Shown: one piece after another, positions 1 through 13,711 of the stretch
Layout: every line of letters begins with the position of its first letter
How positions within the stretch are numbered: the stretch's first letter is position 1
IMG/VR virus record: IMGVR_UViG_3300045988_056969
Coordinates: 46,751-110,750 of that record
DNA from: a virus
Length of the DNA: 64,000 nucleotides
Direction: 5' to 3' (one strand)
Program-made: the position numbers and the translations under genes
The notes under the pieces: generated by a model
The model's input: only the letters and a program-made list of their open reading frames with translations
Told to the model about the DNA's origin: nothing
Database searches by the model: none

Positions 1-308
1 TTACCATTTCTATATATCATAATTTAGCAAAATCTTCCTTGACTTTAGCTTTTATCTATTTTAATATGTTAAGATATTCCTTATATTCATTAATAACTTC
101 AGAATCAGAAGTAAGATTTTCTGAATAGCTATTATATGAATTGATTAAATCAAATTCTTCATCGACTGTAAGGAATCTTCTAACTATAGCTTTTACACAA
201 TCTTTGTAATTAGGCTGTCCATTTAATAATACCTAGATAAAACTATAGTAAGTTTTTTCTTTTATGGTATTGTCTAAATCAAGTACTTCAACACTAATTT
301 CTTTTATA

Positions 309-1589
309 TCATAGTTATAGTAATAAGTACCGTTCCCAAGTTTTTGGATTGTCTAAGGATAAACGTCCATTTGTATTCTATTCGGCTCTAACATAAGGTG
401 TTATTTTAAAATTTATAGGAAATTTGTATCTAAGCAAAGAATAGTGTAATCTCCTATTCTTACTTTTAAAATAGTAGGGTTTATTGTTATACATGAAATG
501 CACTCGAAAATGATTGTCATAATCAATAACCTCTACAATGTGAATATATTTATTATAAAACTTAGATATGTTAACTTCTTTTCCATTCCAGTTAGAGAAT
601 TTCAATCCAGTTAACTCCTCTACCTTTCTCAGCAAGTTCTTAGAGTTGCAAAATTTCATCCATCCAAAATAAGACCTCATTCTTCTATTCAATTCATCTT
701 TATCAATCTTATTCTATTTATATAGATTTATAAGCCTAAACATCCTCATTTTTATAGATTTTCTCAGTAGAACATGAGTATGATAGAATTTATAGCCTAC
801 GAAATTAATACCTCTGCTTTCTACAGGGAATATTTGATAATTAGGCTTCAACTCTAGGTTAAGAACCTGTTTCAAATATAGTTTTATAGATACTAATACA
901 TTTCTCAAATAATTCTTGTCATTACCAAGAATCACAATATCGTCAGCATATCGAAAGTAGTACTTACATTTTAACTCCTCTTTTACCCAGTGGTCAAAAT
1001 ATGTCAGATATAAATTTGCAAAGAATTGTGATAGATAATTTCCAATAGGAACTCCCTTCGCTGAATAAATTATTTCTTTCAACAGTTTTAATAGTTTTTT
1101 ATCCTTTATCTTTCTCTATAACATTTCGTATAAAATGTCGTGAGTTATAGAAGGATAGAATTTTTTTATATCCATTTTCAAGCAATACTTTGTTTCTTCT
1201 GGATGTTTCTATAACACCTTAAACAAATCATACTCTACTTTATGAATACCTCTATTTCGTATAGAGGAATATGTTTGGTCTATAAATATACTAGTCCAAA
1301 TAGGCTCCATAATATTCATTATAGCATGGTGAGTTATTCTATCTGGATAGTATGGAAGTCTAAAGATTAATCTTTCTTTAGGTTCGTATATTATAAAGGT
1401 ACTATATTCAGAGGTTTGATAAATCAAATCCCTTAACTTATCGGATAATTCCTTATTTTCTTTTAATCTATTCTTATCATGCTGCTTGATTCCACATCTA
1501 ATAGACTTATTTCTTCTGGCTTTATCGTCAGCTAGTTCGATGTTATCTTCAGCGTATACTTTCTCGTGCAAATATCCTACACGTTTCAA
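309..1589 (-). CDS. DGR reverse transcriptase; single gene requiring read-through of 4 in-frame TAG codons; real stop TGA at 309-311; start codon uncertain (TTG at 1587-1589)
   Basis: ORF-track fragments 1209-1589, 714-1082 and 378-692 share one frame and are separated only by TAG (plus-strand cta at 1209-1211, 1116-1118, 714-716, 378-380). RT motifs YPDRITHHAIM, FYPSITHDIL, PIGNYLSQFFANLYL (DGR-type I/LGxxxSQ), YADD. Lies next to a TR/VR pair. Confidence 0.8.
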
Positions 1590-1731
1590 TTTTTTATATA
1601 TTTCATCGGAAGCGTTCGAGAATTAACCTACTAACACCCTTCATTCAACACTACGTTATCTTTTGCCTAGAGGCAAGGATATTACTTAGCAAACTAAAAA
1701 AAATAATAAAATGTTTCTAAATATATAATAA

Positions 1732-1827
1732 CTTGACATTGGAATTGGCATTGCTGACGTCATTGTTAGAATTGAAATAGCTGAGACCTGCATTGCTGCC
1801 ATTATTCGCGTTGCTGCCTACTAGCAG
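1732..1827. repeat. DGR template repeat (TR), about 96 bp, non-coding, between RT and target gene
   Basis: Near-identical to 1932-2027 and (as reverse complement) to 29286-29375. Almost all differences fall where TR carries A in the coding sense. Confidence 0.8.
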
Positions 1828-1905
1828 TACTTTTTTGCCAATCAACGGTTTTTAGAAGTAATATCCTACGATTTATCATCTAAATCGATTTTTATATTGT
1901 ATATC

Positions 1906-3723
1906 TTAAGATACTCTATTCAGAGTCCTGAACCCGACATAGGAACCGGCATTGCCGACGCCAGCGCCAGAATAGAAATAGCCGAGACCCGCAAAGCCGC
2001 CATCATTCGCGCCGCCGCCCACCCGCAGCGTGCGAAGCGCTGTGCTGCTTGCGTTGCAGTAATGGTAATCGCAAATATAAGTAGTAGTACTTCCTCCAAC
2101 AGCGGATGGAATTATTTCAGCGGTTTCACCTAAGTCAAATGCCTTAATATAACCATCCGATGCTACTTCGTATCCTGCAACGGTTTTCTCTCCAACTACG
2201 TCTGTAAATTCCGATATGTTAGTAGTTGTATAGACAGTGCTAATCTCATTAGCAGCTGCTCTCACTACAACTACTCCGTCCAGGTTAGTCCAAATGTCTC
2301 CAAACGGATTATCGAATCCTCTCCAGCGAGGTACTTTAAATGTATGAGTTGCTACTGTATTTGTGCCATCTTGAGCTGTACATTCTGGAATAACTAAATC
2401 TTTTACTCCAGTGAAGTTACCAAGTTCATTGCAGTAACCACAAGGTGTAAGTGGATATGTTGCATTATACCCTAACCAACTTGTAGCTGCGTTAGCCCAA
2501 TCTGTAACTCCAGATCCTAAACCTCCTTGATGATATCCATCTGCAATTAACTCTGCATTATATGCAGCCTAAGAATTAAAATTAGCATATTCAATGACAT
2601 AATTCCAGTAGAATATCCATTTGTAATATTCATAGCATAGCAATTCTGAACCAGCATTTGTTGCATATGTTCTCATAGTAGCTCTAGAAATATTAGTTCT
2701 AGGCTTTCCTAAATCACTTCTGAATATATCCTTAGTTTCTAATTCTGTAGTTAGATAATCATCGTAGTTAGCTCTATTTCCTCCACCTCTAAATGCAGTA
2801 GTAGTATTAACTACTGATACAGCTTTTGGAGTTGCGGAGACTGTGGTATCAACTGTACTTCTGTATGCATCTATTAATAGTTCAGGAATTTCTACCCATG
2901 AATCATCAATTTTGACAGTAGAAGTTCTAACCCATCTTTTGTTTCCATCGCTGCCAGATTTTCCATAAAATTTAGGAGTATTAACTCTTACTGTTCCATC
3001 AGTTCCATCTAAGACAGATGGAGTTTCGCCGTCTTCTTTATAAGACCAGTCATCTGGAAACAGATAGTAATTTACTACATCATTGTTTGCTACACAACCT
3101 CTATACGCTGACTGAATAGGAAGAGATTTATGCAACAAAGGATTACCTATTCTAGTAAGTTCCGGAGATGCTACTGTAACATCCCATTCTACTCCATAGG
3201 AATATAAATCCATATTACTATTTAGCTCAGTAACCTACTTATCAAGCTTTTGTTGTGCCTTCTACAATTCTTCCCAAGCCTCATTTAGTGCTGTAAATTG
3301 CTCTTCTAGCTTAGAACTTGAATCTGCCCATTCAGCAGTACCATCTGCTGAGAAAACTAGCATCTATCCAGACGCTCCTCCAGATGGAATATGTTTATTT
3401 CCAGAAGTAGTTGGGTGTACATAATTATTAGCATTATTAGCTATAGTACTTAACTTTTCCTTCTCAGTTTCAGTATAATTGGCTTCAGAAAGTCCCTTTC
3501 CTAACTCCTTATCTACTTTGCCTTCAAGCTCACCCTTAGTAGCTAATTCACTAATATCCTAATGCTCAGTCAAATATCCACTATCATTCTGTAACTAAGA
3601 AGTTTTAGTTGGAATTGCATTAGCTTTGGCATATGTCGTATCTATAACATTTCCAGCACCATCGTAAGTAGCTTTTAAATCGTATGTGGTTTCCCCAACC
3701 TTTATAGATTTGATTGCTGCCAT
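1906..3723 (-). CDS. DGR target protein 1 (tail-fibre/receptor-binding-like, about 605 aa) with C-terminal VR; contains in-frame TAG codons; stop TAA at 1906-1908
   Basis: Frame-0 fragments 1906-2265 and 2569-3213 are joined by TAG (e.g. 2569-2571, 3235-3237, 3262-3264, 3364-3366). ATG at 3721-3723 lies just after an upstream in-frame TAA TAA (3733-3738). N-terminus MAAIKSIKVGETTYDL; Gly/Ala-rich C-terminus covers VR1. Confidence 0.65.
1932..2027. repeat. DGR variable repeat 1 (VR1) in the 3' end of a minus-strand target gene
   Basis: Alignment to TR gives about 25 substitutions, 24 at plus-strand T of TR (coding-sense A to N); one a-to-c change near the end. Confidence 0.8.
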
Positions 3724-3732
3724 ATCATTGTA

Positions 3733-6700
3733 TTATTAAAGTTTCACCAACTACATCGTGATCTATTCTCTCTATGGAAGCAGTTAGGTCCTCAACAGCC
3801 TTCTACAATTCTGCTTTAGTAGCATAGTTCTTGAGAACTTCCTAGTCTACTCCAGAGCCTCCTCCTATACTTCCTCCAACAACTTTTACTGGTTTGGCAG
3901 AACTCTTAAACTGTCCTTCAATATAAATTGTTCCCATATTGTTTAAAATATTAATTGTTCATTTTCTCCATCTACCTCTACACTAGAACCTGGCTATAAA
4001 GCGTCTATCTTTTTCTACAATTCGGCTACGGCCTAGCTAATTAGTTCTTCTACCTCAGCTTTGGTGTAGTATCTCTCTATAAGATATTCGCTCCTAACAT
4101 ATCCAGTATCTTGTAAATCTTTTTCTCCATAGGTGCAATAATAAGTATCTTCTTCAGTCTTACTATTCTCAACTAGGTCATCATAATCAGCTTGTGGTAA
4201 GCATACAAGTTTTGGTACTTCTTCAGTAATAGCAACTTGCTTGCCTCCAGCAAATAGCCTGTTATCTTCTGTGGTAAGTTTAACAGAACTCTCAATAACT
4301 TGCTCAGTTCCTGTTTCCTCAGAAGGTTCTCCAGTTGTTCCCTATTGTACTTCTTTTTCTCCAATTTTCTAAATAGTAATATCAGAAGTTTCTACTGATG
4401 TAGATTTCAAAAGCTCAGTGCTAAATTCTTTAGCAGCAGCAGCCTAATCATCCTGATATTTTTTCTAGGTAACAAATATGAAATCATCATCTCCGGTTTC
4501 AGGAGAGTCTCCCCTTAAACTTTCTTTTGTTACGTAATCTTCGGCTATCTAATCTGATAAATTAGATAATGACTATTGAGTAGCATAAGTAGACTGAGCA
4601 TTTTCCTTAGTAAGAAATTTGTCATCAACCTGCTAAATAGTATAATAAGCCTTAATATCTTCTGTAGTAACGTAGTTTCCAAGTTTTTGCAAACCTTGAA
4701 CTATTTCATCAATCTACTTCTTGGAGTAATAATTTGTAGCAACCCAGGACTGATATTGATTAGTAGTATGATAATTCTAATCCAAATATTCCTTAGTAAT
4801 ATAAACCTTTGCATCATTTGTAACGTCATATACATAGTAATATGTATCAGGCTCTACCGTCCCTTCCTCTACTAACTTTAGATACTCTTCTTCAGTTAAT
4901 GTTACTAAGTTCGGAATATCCGATTCAGTAGCAATCTAATCTTCACCTATAAATAATCCTTCAGACTTAACGTCTACTACTAACTAGCCCTCTCCCTCCA
5001 CTACAGGAGATTTTATCTACCCAACAGTGATGCTTTCTAAGGAGCCATCTCCATCTACCTTAAGAGTTTTATCTAACTCGTCTTGGATAGCCTACTAATC
5101 TTCCTCATATTCTTTCTTTGTAACGAAGACAAAATCATCTCCTTCCATTCCCTCTCCTCTAAGGCTTTCTTTAGTAACGAAAATATCGTTTGTTTCTTCC
5201 TTAGTATAATACTTAGTCAGTGATAGAGCTAAAGAATCGTTAGAGACATAATTAGTAGTTAATTCTTCCAGTGTAGCATAATCTGATAGGCTAGCAATAG
5301 TGTTATCTAAGTCTGTTCTAATCTATACTACAGTAGTATTAAGAGCCTTCTATTTTAATTGCTCTTCTATCTTTTTCCCCCATTCCGCGGATAGGTAAAA
5401 CTAGTTATCGTCTAAGCTATCCTCATATATATAATAATATGTCTCAGCATGAAGATATGGTTTACTTTCATCTATGGGCCTAAAATCGTCTGTAGTATTC
5501 TCAGACCATTCTTTATATTCAGCCTCTGTACAGGTGATTATCTAGATAGATTCATAGGATGCTTTCCATCCTTCCTTGTATTTAATCTTAGACTTATCAA
5601 TCAGCATATAAATATTTCCGTTATCTATGTTAGCAACGGTCATACCTTGATAAGCATACTTCTCTGGAATAGAATAAAGTTCGTCTAAGTTATTAACGAC
5701 TGTTCTATTATCGAGAGGCTTCGGAGTTTCTACGGTTAAAGCGACACCTAAGGTAGCATCACCTGTATATTTAAATGCCATTATTGTGATAGAATAAAGT
5801 TAATTTGATGTGGCAATGCTGAGGAGTAAGTATCTTTCTTAGTCCATACCTTGTAAGTAAATCCATTTATCTACTCGGTAGACGTTTCCCAACCACTTAG
5901 GTCTACATTTAAATATCCAAGTCCTCCATCTACGGTAAATGAATTTAACTATGTGTTACTTCCTGGCAATTTTATAATAGCCTTACCACTTAGTGAAAAT
6001 GTGATAGTTCCAGACGATTGTCCAAAAGGAACTAGCGCCTATTTAATCACACCATCAGTATTACCAGAATACCAAGGATATGTGGCTACTACCTAAGCGG
6101 TAGCGGAAATAGAACCAGCTTCTACTCTCTTATCTGTAACTTCTCCTTTATTATTTATCAAATATTCTCCAGCGGCATAACTCACTGTACCAGAGTGAGT
6201 ATAAGTACCAATAGAATTATATGTATCAGACTCTACAGGAGAACTGTTATAAGTAATAGTTTCTCGTCTGTCAGTTTCTTCTCCAGCATCATTCTTTATA
6301 AATGTAAGTGTAGGAGTTAATAAAGCAGTTCCCACTTCTACTATTTGAGAAGTAAAACTATAATAAAGCTATGGGTATACTAAATCTCTAACTACTGTTG
6401 GAAACAGTAAAGTATCAATAATTTCATTAAAGGGCTTGCCCTTAAGTTTCTCTACTGTAGTCCCTTCAATTACTGTTGAAGTAGTATCATCTGGGAGTTC
6501 CGTCTAATAAGTAGCTATAGTTTCTAAGTTAGTTTGTATATTAGTAATACTTTCAGTATTAGCTTCTACTTTAGTATTTGTCTCTTGTTGTGCTTCCTAA
6601 GTTTTCTATACTTCTTTCTTTGTTTCTTCTAGAGCAGGTTCAAGATTCTTAACATAGATACCTGGAAGGATAATAGAAGAGGTTTCCTCTCCAATCTCCT

Positions 6701-9700
6701 ATTCTATTAAATGAATAGCATTATCTTCCTAAGTAGATAAAATCACCTCTAAGGAATTATTTTCCTTTAGTTCTATAGTTTTGGAATTTTGGAGACTATT
6801 CTTAATCCAATTAAGAATGTTTTTATCAACATCTATATTCTCAATAGCATTGTTCAACTCAACTATAGCTTCATTGATTTTTACTATTTCTTCAGATAGA
6901 TTATTAATTCCTTTTCTATTAGTATCAATTTCTCGCTGTAAATCCTCCTTCAATACAGATATAGAAGTTCTAATATTGCTTATATCGACTTTCAGTTCTT
7001 CTATTGCTTCTGTATTAGATTCATATTCGCTAATAAAGTATAGGGCATAGTCTAGGGCATCCTTCACAGTATTAATGCCTTCTGCAACGTCACTAGTATA
7101 GGTCCATTTTTGTTCTATATACTATACTAGGTCTTTTTGCAGTTCTATGGTTCCACTAATGTTTCCCCACAATAGACTCTACTCATCAGCAATACCTAAG
7201 TTCTTTCTTACTTTAGCTTTTTCTAGTTCTGTCCTATATTCTCCTAAATAGTTATTTCTTAAGAGAGGTATAGGCTCACATTTTATAGGCTTACCCTTTT
7301 TACCACAAGGCACTATATCTGCGTTACTTACCGAAGTGTAAATAGACTGTATCATTCTAGTTTAATAATTGCTATTTAATAAATTCGTGATTATCTAGTC
7401 TTACAGGTAGGTTAATAAAACAAATTAGATTAAGAATATCTTGATAATCTGGTTTATATCCCTTTTTGAGTTTTCTTAGAAAATCCTCATACCTTTTAAT
7501 AGCCTTTCTCTTAAGAGCATCCACAACCTATACGTTTATGTCCATGGTAGTGATTGTCACAGAATCCTCCACAGGTACGGAACATCGCTAGTAATCTTTC
7601 AGCCTCCATGAATTGTTTAAAGCATATTAAATAATCTATAATGTTAAGAGTCATCCATATAAAATCTCGAGCAAATATATCTGCTTCCTAATCTCTAGTT
7701 AGACACTTATTTAGTAAAGCATCAAAGAGTTTCTTACAATAATTAATGTAACACTACTACAAGTTTCCTGTAAAGAAAACATCTACCTTACATTTTTTTA
7801 TAGTAGTTCCTTCTATGTTTCGTTCAAGAACTTCTTTAACTGTACACTCTTCTAGCTTACCTTCTACTTCTTTATATAATTTTTCTCCATCAGTAACATA
7901 GATAGTCTCATAGTATTCCTTGTATTCGTCCGATGAATTTTCATACCATTTCATATTAGGAATAATGATATGGTCTACTACGTAATAACCATCATCCTTG
8001 ACCTTAAACATACACGAGTCTAAGTCTTCTGTATGGTCATTAAGTAGGACATCTATCAGAGTAGCATCGCTTATACTAACTTTGATGATAGTATTCAAGG
8101 TAGCACTCTCACTATACTTATAGGAGTCGTAAGAAGTTACTACCTCTACATCTTCATCAATATACTAGCCATATTCTTTTGAGAAATCTTCTATCAGTAT
8201 TTCCCCATTAATTTGGGTATGTATATCAATACTAAATTCCATATTGCAATAATATTAAGTGTTAGGCCATTGACCGTATTGAGCTGGTGTAGAAAAAGGT
8301 CCCCACTTTCCAGATTGCTTTATACGTCTAGACATAAAAACAGAAGTAAAAGATAAACTAATATCTTGTGGATAGTCAGTCCAGGTATAAGACTATCCAT
8401 CTGGAGTAGGAGGTAATTTATCAATCCCAGAGGAGGGCTGTCCATTCCAGTAGTAGTTATAGTCATAGGCTTTAATAGAGGTTACTTCTGTGGTTTCTCT
8501 CCCGTCAGAATCTATATAGAGAGGATCTCCTTTTTCATTCGTTTTTTGTTTATACTCTATAACTGGTGTTATTCCCTCGGTTCTAGTATATATAGTCTAT
8601 ATAATAGTAGAGACATCACTCGCTACTATTTCATAGATAGTAGTTCCCTATGATTCATCAGCTCCCTAAAAAGTAAATTTAGTTCTTTTCCATATATATG
8701 GATTCTCTTCTGTTGGAAGCTCAAAAGTATCAGACCACTACTTACTTGATAGTTTTATTTCAGATTCATCGGCAGTATTAGCAGGGAGATAATGTATTTT
8801 AATAATAATACTATTAACTGCTTCACTTGAACCGGATAAATCTGATACCTACTTAAATAATTTTTTTAAGTCGTCTTCTACATTTGATTTAGAACCGGAA
8901 GCATTACTTATAATTACTGTCCCATCAGAGATAGGATAAATCTACTACTAATCTTTGTTGTATACAATTGTTCCAGTTGCCATATTAATGTATTTGTCTT
9001 ATTTTGTCATTATATGGATTTCCATCATGAAGCTAAGCCAACTCTATTTCAGTTCTTTTTTCTTCAATATCCATTTGTCTATCTTTATAAGTAGAATCAG
9101 ACTGAGCTTTAAGCCAGTTAACTTTATATTCTAACTGCATCTTCTACTATTCTAATCCCAGTCTCTATTCATCTAAGCTTTCAATCTTTTGCTGAGCTTT
9201 CTATAATTCTTGCTGTAACTACTAAGCCTATTGAGAGGTTTCTTCTAATTTTTCTTGTAGTTGCTGAAGCTGATTATTTTCCTCTTTGCGAACTTGAACA
9301 GCTTTCTTAACCTTATATTTAAGGTCTGTCAGACTCTTAGATGTAAGAGCCTCAAAAATAATATCTGGATCCATCTGTTGACTTTTTACGAACTCTGGAA
9401 TGATTGCTTTTATAGTCTATAGATCTTCCATCACTTCTGAACTAGCAGTAATATGAATATCGTAGTCAGTAACAGTAAAATACTCAGGAAGTGCTGTAAA
9501 TATCTGTTGATATTTATCCCCAAGTATAATAGTTCCAGTTAATCCTTTCTTATAAGTAACTTTAGCCTAATTAAGACTATCTAGTAGTATCTCGCAGGTT
9601 ATTAAATCCATCTGCTAAAAATAGTGCTTAGTTACTATATACGAGTTAGCTACTCCCTACTTAATATTAGTAACTGCATCTCTAGTTTCTATACCGTTAA

Positions 9701-11347
9701 GTCGTTCCCTAAATACTCCAGTTATTGATGATGTAGTTTGTTCTACTGATTGAATAGCTAATTCAATAGCCTATACAGCCTATGCTTTTAAGGTATCATC
9801 AAATCCGTTATATATCTAGTTTGGAGCTTGCTGTCCGTCATTCCTACCTTCTTGGCTTGAGTCTATCCACATGATACCACCTTTTTTATAAGCTAACCAT
9901 TTTTGTACTCGTTCTGGCCATTTAACTCCTAAGTTGGTAGGCAACAGAGACATATCCATAATAACTCCAGCAGTACCACTATTAGCTATTAGATTATCTC
10001 TATAATAGTTTAATAAGTCGTATCTATCCTACAGATGTGCACATTTTAATATAAGAGAATAAGGCTACTAAGAGCGATTTAAGAAATATACTCCATTTAC
10101 CGATAAAGAACAGAAGTTGGGATTATCTTTAGACCTCATAACAGTCTTGTCTAATCCTCTAAGAATATATATCTCTTCTCCTATTCTGATAGTATTGTAT
10201 CTCTACATCACAAAATCATCATCTGTTTCAATCCATTCAACATCATAGACTGGGATTAACTAGAACCTATGAGCACTATATTCATTGTCTGGATAGCCGG
10301 GAATGGTTTCATGATTCTAATCTTCATTTACTACTGTACAAGTATCTCCATATACTCTTCTATAAACAGCAGCTGAATCATCAGCTCGCCATTCATCTTT
10401 TAGTCTTCTTAAATCTTCTCTAGATATTTCTTTGCCATATTTAGCTAAAATCTAACTCTTACTCATCCACTTTCTTACTACAACTCTATATGAGTTCCTT
10501 ACATATGGAGATTCTGGATTTCTATCAACAAATGTATTAAGTGGGTTTAATACCTCTATTTCAATATTAGTTCCAGAAGCCGATGATTTCACTCTAAAGA
10601 ATGTATAACCAGTAATTAATAAGTCTGTTAGTAACTAACGTAACTTAGTAATTAAATCGGTTTCTCTGGATTGCATAATATAATGTACTATATTCTAAGC
10701 TGCAATTTCATATTGAGAAATAAAGGATTGGTCAATATCCTATATAATTTTATCTAACTAAGTCTTTACAGCTTTATCAGTAATATCCTTGCCATCAATA
10801 AACTTAAGAATTGAATTACTTAAATGGTCTTTCAAAAACTTTACTATTCCCTTGGTTATTTCTAGCTATTTTTCTCTTGTTATATTACTGATAGTATCTG
10901 AATCTTTGCAAGAAATTTTCGGAAGTATAGGAGTTCCTAAATATTCTCCAACTAGAGCATCTACGTGTTTCTTTAATAAAGGCGTAAACTCTACCGAAGT
11001 GGGGCTACCTATTCCGAAGTTTTCTTCCAGATAACGGAACTATTCAGGATCTCTTTTACCATTATAATAATTATAAGCTTTCTGTAACTCATACTTATCA
11101 TATACAAGTTCCGCAATAGCCTCGTTTGTCTTGTCTATCAATTCCTTCTCTTTCATAACATAAATTATGTTGTTCTGGAGGAAGTTTAGTAGCGTTATAA
11201 TACTTAACTCTTTGTAACTTCCTACTTCTTAATTCTTCCTTAATAAATGGCAGAAATTCTTCGTCTGGTAAATCTGCTATTATTACTAATGGCATTTCTG
11301 ACCTATCAAAGTTAAAAGAGACTTTATACCCAACTGGGTCTAAACTC
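3733..11347 (-). other. Late virion-structural gene block on the minus strand; genes fragmented by very frequent in-frame TAG; includes coiled-coil fibre-like fragments and a portal-like C-terminal region near 9.0-9.96 kb
   Basis: Only short same-strand ORF fragments (4173-4364, 5542-5781, 6093-6335, 6729-7067, 7757-8098) and none of 60 aa or more between 8.1 and 11.1 kb. Manual translation of 9003-9960 with TAG=Q gives a continuous protein with a portal-like Gln-rich coiled-coil C-terminus. Confidence 0.45.
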
Positions 11348-13711
11348 TCAATATCTAGTCCGCCTATATACTCCATTTTGTACAAGTCCCTCATATATTC
11401 TAGGATCACTTGTTTCAACTCTGTATGGGTCATCATATTCGTTTCTTTGCATATTAAGTTCAGGAGTTTTCTTAGTTGGAATAACTCCAAATCTTTTAAT
11501 TCCTCTCTCGTCGTAATAGTAACCAAAATCTTGGAACTATTCAACTTCTTTCTCCACAAGTACGGGCTGTCTTCCTGATAGCTCTTGGTCTGCTAACTCA
11601 GTCATACCTACAGCGGCTACAATATCATACTTACCCTTATTTTCATCATTATATGCAGTGAACTATTCTAGCATTTCTTCGAACCATATAGTATGGCAAT
11701 AGTCTTCTATAAAGGCGGCTGTTAAATCAGTATGCTATTCGATTATAGTTTTTGTAGCAGGAGTTCCATACTATTTAGTAGTTCCATTTCTAACGTCAGT
11801 TAGAGTAGCTCTTGGGCGCTTCATAAAATAGTTAAGGCATCCTTTTTCTCTAGCCCAAGTAACCATACCCATACGAGTAGCTTCTATATTTATTTTACAA
11901 TTATAATAGCGAGCTAAACACATAGCTATTTTATAGGCTTCTCTGATGTCTCCAGGTCTATCCTTGTACATAGCAACATACTGAGGGTCATTCATACCAA
12001 ACGCACGTTTCTTAATCATTATGCAGAAATCAGACGGGTCTCTGGTTTCCTTAGAAGTCTAATTCGCTCCAATATCAATACCGTCTATACCTGCTACATA
12101 TAAGTCTCGCATCTCTTTATAAACTGGAACTTCAAAATCCTAGCCATTATCTTCTGCCTCCTATCTAAGCTTTTCCATTTGTTCTTTATATAAGTCAGAC
12201 CATATTGGATGCTCTAGAATTTTTACTTTGCCATTGCTGTTAGGAATCCATTTAAAACCATCAATATTATCCTAAGTATGTTTATTATTTTTGTAAAAAT
12301 AATCAATATAACCACATTCGGGTCTTGGGCCAATTTGTTTAAGTCTTATATTAGCTATCTATTCGGCAACTAAAATTTTATTAAACTTATTAACACCTTC
12401 TAGATTAAATGCTTCTTCTGCATTCCAACAACGTTCAGCGCATTTCTTTAGGTAGTCTTCTGGTACAGCTAACAGATTATCTCGCTCCTCCTATAAGAAT
12501 TTCTTATATTCCACAGTATTACATACTCCTCTGTGGTCCATAAATTCTGGATTCAAAGATTGTATAAAGTATGGAATAAAGAATCCACTCTCTATAGTAG
12601 TCCCATCCTAAGTCCAATTATGTCTAAATGGAAGAATCTTATATGCTCTTGGATTATAGTAAATCTTTTTTAAGCCCTCTAGAGGAGCACCCATATCACC
12701 GCCAGTACCTCCAAACAACATTGTTCCACGAGGCATACCTTGAACTTCACAAAGTTCTTGACCTTGTACCACAGCGGTATCAAGTCCAGGCCAGGAACCA
12801 GCTTCATCATATATTAATAAATCTACACGGTCTCCACGAATATTAGATGGTTTAGCTCCGTTAATTGCTACAACCTCAGATTTAAATCCTACGTCTTCAA
12901 ACTAACCATTTATTTTGATTTGTTTACCTGATTTCTTTCTCAAATCCTGGTCAATAAGTCGCAATTTAAAAAATCCTCCTCCAGTACAGGTATTTAAGAA
13001 TGTAAGAGCATTATCAAACTTACTAAAGGTACCCTTAAGGAAGGTATCATTAAAGCAAGTAATCATAACCCTACTTCTTCTAATAACAGAGTACATACGA
13101 GCAGAAAGAGAGGCGTTTATTTCAGAGAATCCAATAGAACGAGCTTTCATTAAAGCTGCGTGCTTGTGTAGCACTCTAGCCATCTATAGATAATGAAAGA
13201 ACATATAATGTGATGCAAAGAATATTGGGAAGTCATTATCAGTACCCTCACCAGAGGCTTTCTGCTAGTCAATAGTAGGTAACTAATAGAAATTTAAGAA
13301 GAAGTAATTATCTCCAGTAATGGTGTATCCATTAACTGTCATTCCATACTTACATCTTCTATATTGCTCTTTCCAAAATTCGTTGTACCGCTTACTATCT
13401 CTAAGGTAGGGACAGTATTGACCAGTTCGTTTATATACTTCCCTAGTCTCGGTAAACCAATCTGGATTAAAGTCCAATCCATGAGTTTCGTCAATAGGTC
13501 TGTATCCAGTTATTTCATAAGATAAGGTAGGGTCAAATACTTCTATTTTATCTCCTATTTTAACATCCCAATAGTCAGAATTTCTGACCCTTTCCTCTCT
13601 TATTTTCTATACTAATTCTCTAGCTTCTTTAGCATCCTCTTTCTATTCTTTTTCTCTTACCTAATCTACAATATTCTATATTTCTTCAGGTAATATCTTT
13701 TTTCTTGGCAT
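11348..13711 (-). CDS. terL: Terminase large subunit (787 codons) with about 25 in-frame TAG codons; stop TGA at 11348-11350
   Basis: Same-frame fragments 11771-12019, 12902-13183 and 13283-13477 are joined by TAG. Walker-B-like VDLLIYDEAGSW; nuclease motif YVAGIDGIDIGAN...DPSDFC; length typical of TerL. Confidence 0.75.

Noticed and set aside
309-1589. Group II intron maturase/RT interpretation of the YADD-containing ORFs
   Set aside because: The motif-4 sequence is IGNYLSQ (the DGR-type I/LGxxxSQ) and a TR/VR pair with A-specific differences lies immediately adjacent. No intron RNA domains were looked for, but the DGR evidence is sufficient.
11098-11559. 153-aa minus-strand ORF in the track
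   Set aside because: Its upstream two-thirds overlaps the C-terminal part of the terminase in another frame. The terminase frame is supported by nuclease motifs and ends at TGA 11348-11350. A short real gene could still exist at 11098-11347 but is unsupported.
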